The position numbers and the translations under genes are program-made. The notes beneath the pieces were generated by a model, which searched no databases, was not told where the DNA came from, and was given only the letters and a program-made list of their open reading frames with translations. A DNA stretch of 63,838 bases, counting the filler, from Atractiella rhizophila (lineage: Eukaryota), in assembly GCA_021432655.1 (NCBI GenBank). It is 12 parts of 12 records of this genome, joined end to end, with 100 filler letters (N's around TTAATTAATTAA, not from the genome) between each part and the next. Parts side by side here need not be neighbours in the genome. Positions count along the whole stretch, not along the records: positions 56,449 to 61,927 come from MU272369.1; positions 62,028 to 63,838 come from MU272386.1; 10 more parts are not named here. One strand, 5' to 3'. Positions within the stretch are counted from its first letter, which is position 1. Each line of letters begins with the position of its first letter. Below, one piece after another: positions 58,344 to 63,838 of the stretch.

Positions 58344-61216
58344 ATGGGAGATACAGATGCTGGTAAGTCTTCATTATTTCACGCACCTCGATCCTTCGAA
58401 CACGCTCAAAACATCGCATGCGATCATGATATATGCGCTCAGAACTGGAAGCGATGCTCAAAGCGTATTGTCACAAACGAGCCAATGGCGCTCGCGAACA
58501 TGCGTCCGCTTCCCATCCCCAAGCCATTAGATTGCTTACATCTACCTCTCTTTGCTCCATCATCGACCTGATGTTGGATCACAGTGCCTGGAATCGCTTC
58601 CTTCCTCCCGCCGCCGCTTGTGAACCCGATCCAACCCACCCGACCTAACAAACGCAGGCCTTCTCGCTCAGATTCTCCTCAGCCTTCTACCTCTCAAAAC
58701 CCGCCCTCGACCTCTCAAAATGTATCACCCAAAGATACCTCATCGTACGCGGTAAAGAGCGCAAATGGGATCAAGCGCGCACGTCTCTCACCATCCGCGC
58801 CGTCAGCCTCAACCTCTCACCCCATTCCCACTCCTGGAAACTCACAGCAGAACTTGCCAGTTAAGCATGGCCATGCTCCGTCTCGTGAAGATGTGACTAT
58901 GATTGTGGATGCGGATGCGGAGGGGCCGTTGGAAGAGACGTATCGGATCGTATACGACGAGAAAGAGAAGATCTATCGAATCCATATCTTCGCTACGGAT
59001 GCCAACGAATCGCATTGGCCGAGCAAGCAGGATGGCCCATTGGAAAACATTACTCGACCCAAACAGAAGAAGTACGAAATGTGGTTGAAGAAGATTGGTG
59101 AGTCCGTGGCAAAGCTGCTCGAGCTTGACATGAGTGCGTTCCTCCTTTGCCATCCGTGCGAGTAGTGATACTCATCGCGCTGCCTCGCTTTATTCTTGTT
59201 TGGTCTGATCGGTTGTGTTGGAACAAATGTTGGAATGGAAAGATCGGAAGAAGTACGCGCTCGCGGCCCTTCCTCCCGGATACAACCTCTTCACCAAAGC
59301 TCGAAGGAAGAATGGGGACCCGACGGATCCCACTAGAGTTCGATCTGACGCCTACCTATACGGTCGCCCCAATGTGATCTACAGATCCCCCAACGAGTTC
59401 GTTGCCCACGCTCACTGGCTCCTCCAACCACTCTCCGCCTCCAAAGTCTGTGAATGCATATATTGCGGCCCCAAGGTTGGACATCGGGAGTCGCAGAAGG
59501 TGGTCAACCGGGAGGTGTTGGGGATCAAGGATCCAGAGCGTAAGAGCGGATCGAAGTTGGGTAAGATGGCTACTCAGCTGGGGAGGGATGGAAAGCTGCT
59601 AGCAGTGCCCGATCAGAGCATCGTGGAAAAGTCAAAGACTTTTCAGGAGGGAAGGATGGCCCCGAACCTCTCGAAGAGCTTGTCGAAGGATCGAGAGAAG
59701 GACTTGAAGGTGGCAGAAGGATTGTTTAGGGAATTGGAGCTCGTTTGGGTCAGGTTGGAGGAGCGGATCGGGAGCAAGAACAAGGGTGCAGATCGCGCAG
59801 AGGAACTCGCCATCACTCATTGGCCCGCCGTAGTGTTTAAGAAAACGAGCAAGTTGAAGGGTTCGGCAGGGGTTTGGATTTCGGAATATTCGGTACGCCT
59901 CCTCGCAGCAGACAACGATTTGGTAGTCCAAGAAGACAGCTTGATACCTTGGTCTGTCCTCTCGCTCTCCATCTCGCACTTGGTTGGTGGCTGACGTGTT
60001 GAACGGATTCAACAGGTTGGCCCATCCTCCGAATAATAAATTATTTGAGTTGGAGCTGAGGACGCCTAAGGGTATTGCTGCGATTTGGGATGAGGAGCAG
60101 CGGCAGGGTGTAAGGTCGTCTACCAAAGATTTAGGCGACGTATATACCGCAGTGACACCCTACGCGCTCGCACTACAAAGTCCGTCCTTCCATTCGATTT
60201 CTCCGTTCAAAGCACTAGCACAAGAGCTGACGTGGACTGTAGCCGGAGCCCACCTCATTAGCTACTTCTTGATGTTCGACAGGTGAGTAAACCTCATACT
60301 CCTTTCTGGTCTGCTTCTACCATCTCAAGGCTCTTTAGGTACAAGCTCAGCAGACACGATATCGTGTCCAGCTCGGCTCCGACTTCAGAGCAGAAGGGGG
60401 AGATAGACAAGGCACTCAAGTTTCAATACTACCAAGGCTTGTTCTGGGGGTGCGTCTTCCTTCCTATGACTCGCAAGGCCACATATTAAGAATGACGGCG
60501 TGAACTGACGGAACAGAGCAGAGAAGATCTGGAGCGGCGAGCTTGTCCGTTTGCTGGCGAGAGAAGAAGATCTCCCTCTGGAGTTCTCGGCCCACATGCG
60601 CCCTGGATCCTTCAAGTCCTTCTTCCTCAAGGTCCATTGCTTCTTCGTCGAAGCAGAGTCCTCAGCCCGAGTCGCAGGCGAGCTCTTTGGTCTTCGAAAG
60701 ATTACCTCGTCCGCCTCGACTCCATCCACCGTAGCGGACATCCTTCCGCCCAAAGGATACTTTTTCCAACCGCTCTCCCCACCCGGCGGACAACACATTT
60801 TCGACATCGAGTACCTCGCCGGAAGGTTCTACAGTCCCTCTCCTTCATTCTCAGTGGAGGAGATTGAATCCTCCTTACCCCCAACAGGAAACGATGGAGG
60901 TAGAGCTGGTCAACTCTCACGGGTTGCTACATTAGCAGGATTTCATCCTGGCACTAGCTTGTTCATGAAATCCAGCTCCTGGTTACAGCCCAGGAGACAG
61001 CATGTCGTGGAGGCTGAGAAAAAGGCTCAGGCAGAGATGCTCGAGTATATTAAGACGCCGATAGAAGACGATACGCAGGTGGATGCTGTGGTCGATGACA
61101 TGCAAGTCTCAGTACGTTCTTCCTTCGATAGAACATTGGTGGAGGTGGGGGCTCATTGTTTTGGCGCATGCATAGGATCAGGAAATCATCATGCTTCCCA
61201 CACCTTGAAGACCTGA
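58344..61216 (+). CDS. Cryptic loci regulator 2 (Clr2)-like heterochromatin silencing protein
   Basis: Clr2 N-domain LAALPPGYNLF..RSDAYLYG..YRSPNEFVAHAHWL..CECIYC; FRELELVW; C-domain YYQGLFWGAEKIWSGELVRL. Confidence 0.8.
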
Positions 61217-62476
61217 ACTCTGTTCCCAAATTGCTGGCTCTCTACGTCCAGCCTTACGTACCGTTTCCACGTTTCATTGTCAACTTGTCAACCTTGCCTC
61301 AATGAGTGATTGGATTCATTCAAAACCATAGCTGCTTTTTCATCGCAATAATCAGTTTGTAGTTCATTTCATGATTGCTTCCGCGACAATGTACATCTTG
61401 GCCTCCTCCCTCATTGAAACTACCCAAAGCTCTTCGTATTACGGCCCTTGGGAAACTATGAGGGTGCAGCGACAGGAATTGGTGCTCCATCTGTCATCTT
61501 CTGTTTCTTCCATGCATGTGCTCTAGCAAGGAAGGAAGAACCGATGCTGCTCGACTCTGCGGCATCGTCGGGGAAAGTAGCCACAAATTCTGGTCCAGCC
61601 AAAATGGTCGCTTAGATCATATCAAGGGGTGTAGAATGCACTGACCTTCAGACATCTGACCATTCTCATCCTTTTTATACCGCCGGACAGTATATGGCAT
61701 CTTTGCCTCCACTTTGGCCAATGAATCTGTGTCTCCATGCTGCTGTTCAAGCGCTTTCCACACGTTCAGAATTGCCGTTCTCTACTCCCATCGCGCAGAT
61801 GGTCAGTGTAACACCATGTGCAAAGAATGGATAGGACGTACTGATTGAGACATTGCCTTGCTCTTGAACTCTGCATAGGCCCTCTCCAGCACCTTCCTAG
61901 CTCTCTCCACCCCGTCCCTCCTCGCTTNNNNNNNNNNNNNNNNNNNNNNNNNNNNNNNNNNNNNNNNNNNNTTAATTAATTAANNNNNNNNNNNNNNNNN
62001 NNNNNNNNNNNNNNNNNNNNNNNNNNNTGAGAAGTTGAGGTCGTGGAAGAAATGGACGTGTGCCGTACACCAGAGGAACTGCACATACAGTCACCTGACG
62101 AGACAGGTACTTAAACGAAGATGAAGTGTACAGCTACCAGTCCAATTAGGTCTCACCGCACTAGTGTATACTGTTAGGGCTCTGGGTTCAGTGAGTTGTC
62201 TTCTGTGACATCAGCAAAAGATTATGAGAGTTTTTGAGAGCTTCTTCGTCACGAAAAAACTAGTTGAGAAAGAATGAAAACACAATACGACTGTGATCGC
62301 CAGTTGCTTGTAGTAGCTATGGATGTACCACGCAATCACACATTCATACATTCTCCGTGATATTTGATAAGAGGCTGAGATGCTGAAAAATCGTGATGGT
62401 CTTGGGTCATCTTAGCTATTTTTAAGAAGAAAGATTCAAGAGCAAGAAGCTTGATTGTTGTATTTTACACTAGCTT

Positions 62477-63338
62477 TCAGCACCCTTCCTCCAAGTCGTC
62501 TAACGGCGCCGGGCTGGGCAACGCTTCAATCCGATTAATGTACGAAAATGATTGCGAATAGGACTGAAGGTGCTGATGCCAGGTTCCCTGGTATATGTTA
62601 CGAACCATTTCAGCCAATGTCTGGCCGGTATATTGGAGTTGCATTTCTCTCACTGCCAAAGAAGTTCGTTTGTAGAATGCATTGCTCTAATTTGCTCATC
62701 AGACGCAAAACAACTCTCGCCATAACAAACTCAAGTGGACATACCAATTCTAACAAAACTCTGTTGTCAAAAAAGCGGTATTGTTTGTAGTCGTCCAAGT
62801 CGAACTGTTGGTTCAACGGAAGCGCCTTCATAAAGGCTCGATAGGTGATCTTCATGCCCCGATCGTCATTGTTATGGTAGAAGCAGAGATGAAGCCGGAC
62901 AGCTTCCTCCCATGAGTTCTTCTCGGCCAATCGCAATCTGGACAGTATTAACAACCGAAATCTTTGAAGAGCAGCCTACTGAATATATAGTCGACAAACG
63001 CCGAGAAGAAGTTGCACCTCATATTTATCGGCAATCACAAGAAGATCCAGAATCAAGTCGATCGGTGCAGAATCTCCTCTCAAGAGAAAGTTATCTTTGC
63101 CATAACACACCTCCAGAAGGCAAGTGAGGACCTGACTAGTCTCCTCCAGCTTGACTGTAGGAGTCTCGTTATTGTTGGTTGGCATCTTCACCATTCCAAA
63201 GAAGACGGATGAGTGCACTTGAAGTATGCATTTCTGGATGCCAAAGGCCACTTCGTCTTTGGAAATGAGGATGAGATCTGTGTCATCGAGGTTCGGAAAC
63301 TCAGGTGAAAATTGGAGATCTTTTGACATTGCGACCAT
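62477..63338 (-). CDS. BTB/POZ domain protein
   Basis: DTDLILISKDEVAFGIQKCILQVHSSVFFGM..LEETSQVLTCLLEVCY..IADKYEV. Confidence 0.85.
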
Positions 63339-63838
63339 GCAGCGAAGTGTCTGGCCCGCTCAATGGCTTATAAGCAAGTTGCGGCAATGGCGGGGACGAC
63401 GCGACACGAGCGACACAGTCGACTTTTCTTTCTACCACATCTACGCGATATTATGACATTGGAACTCTTCCTTTCATCTCTTGCATCCTCTATGATAGGT
63501 CCCTTCATTCACCATACAGCTTCAATGGTACCTCATGCCGTCCGAGTCGAAAACTATGGCCAGAGTCTGGCCAGGGTGGAGTTGCCGTCAGAGCTTGTAT
63601 CAAAGAATCAGTGAACTCATTCAACACTACCTCGGAGGACAAAGTAGTGACCGATCAAGGGCGAATGAGCAACGGAAATAACCTGTCGAGCGGAGCGTGC
63701 GGTAGAGCGCAAGCATCACTATACCACGTACGACTCCTGCAGATGGACGTATAATGAGACGGCGGACGACTACTGTAAGATAAAATGGTCGCCCTGTCAT
63801 GACCTTTGGTGCTTTTCGCACGGCCGCATGAAGAGGGG

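Noticed and set aside
45282..61927. Epigenetic gene cluster of the Tet-like dioxygenase and Clr2 (plus the hAT)
   Set aside because: These genes lie on different scaffolds separated by linkers, so their proximity is an artefact.
5632..62027. Regularly spaced TTAATTAATTAA repeats (~5.6-kb period) as a biological repeat, CRISPR-like array or piggyBac TTAA sites
   Set aside because: Each is embedded in exactly 44+44 N. This is a standard artificial linker with stops in all frames.

Overview
This is eukaryotic, intron-rich fungal DNA. It is basidiomycete, probably Pucciniomycotina, inferred from ~50-60 nt introns with GTRAGT/GTACGT/GTGCGT/GTTCGT donors and from the Zn2Cys6 and Tet-like families present. 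The window is NOT one locus. It is 12 small scaffolds of 5631, 5608, 5587, 5578, 5555, 5511, 5507, 5504, 5484, 5483, 5479 and >=1811 bp, in decreasing length, joined by artificial 100-bp N44-TTAATTAATTAA-N44 linkers, so only neighbourhoods within a fragment are meaningful. Housekeeping and metabolic genes: FES1, an MDR reductase, Ecd/SGT1, an EXPERA-like protein, a GDP-fucose-type transporter, a KCH transporter, YHM2, a CLC channel, an SDR, PEX5, a GH93 arabinanase, an ALDH, a secreted heme peroxidase, RHO2, HUA1, a Clr2-like protein and a BTB protein. Accessory and mobile content: two fungal-type (FunK1) kinases, both apparently damaged; an apparently intact 4.3-kb hAT transposon with a 10-intron, ~1061-aa transposase; decayed hAT, MITE, Helitron-like, LTR and LINE debris; and a fragment (45282-50765) carrying a TET/JBP-like 2OG-Fe(II) dioxygenase convergent with a Zn2Cys6 gene that lies between CACAGTGGGT inverted termini. 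That fragment is the best candidate for a novel system. A 228-nt FES1 intron with collinear 5.8S-rRNA-like blocks is the most unexpected non-coding signal. All family calls come from motif recognition by eye; no database searches were run.
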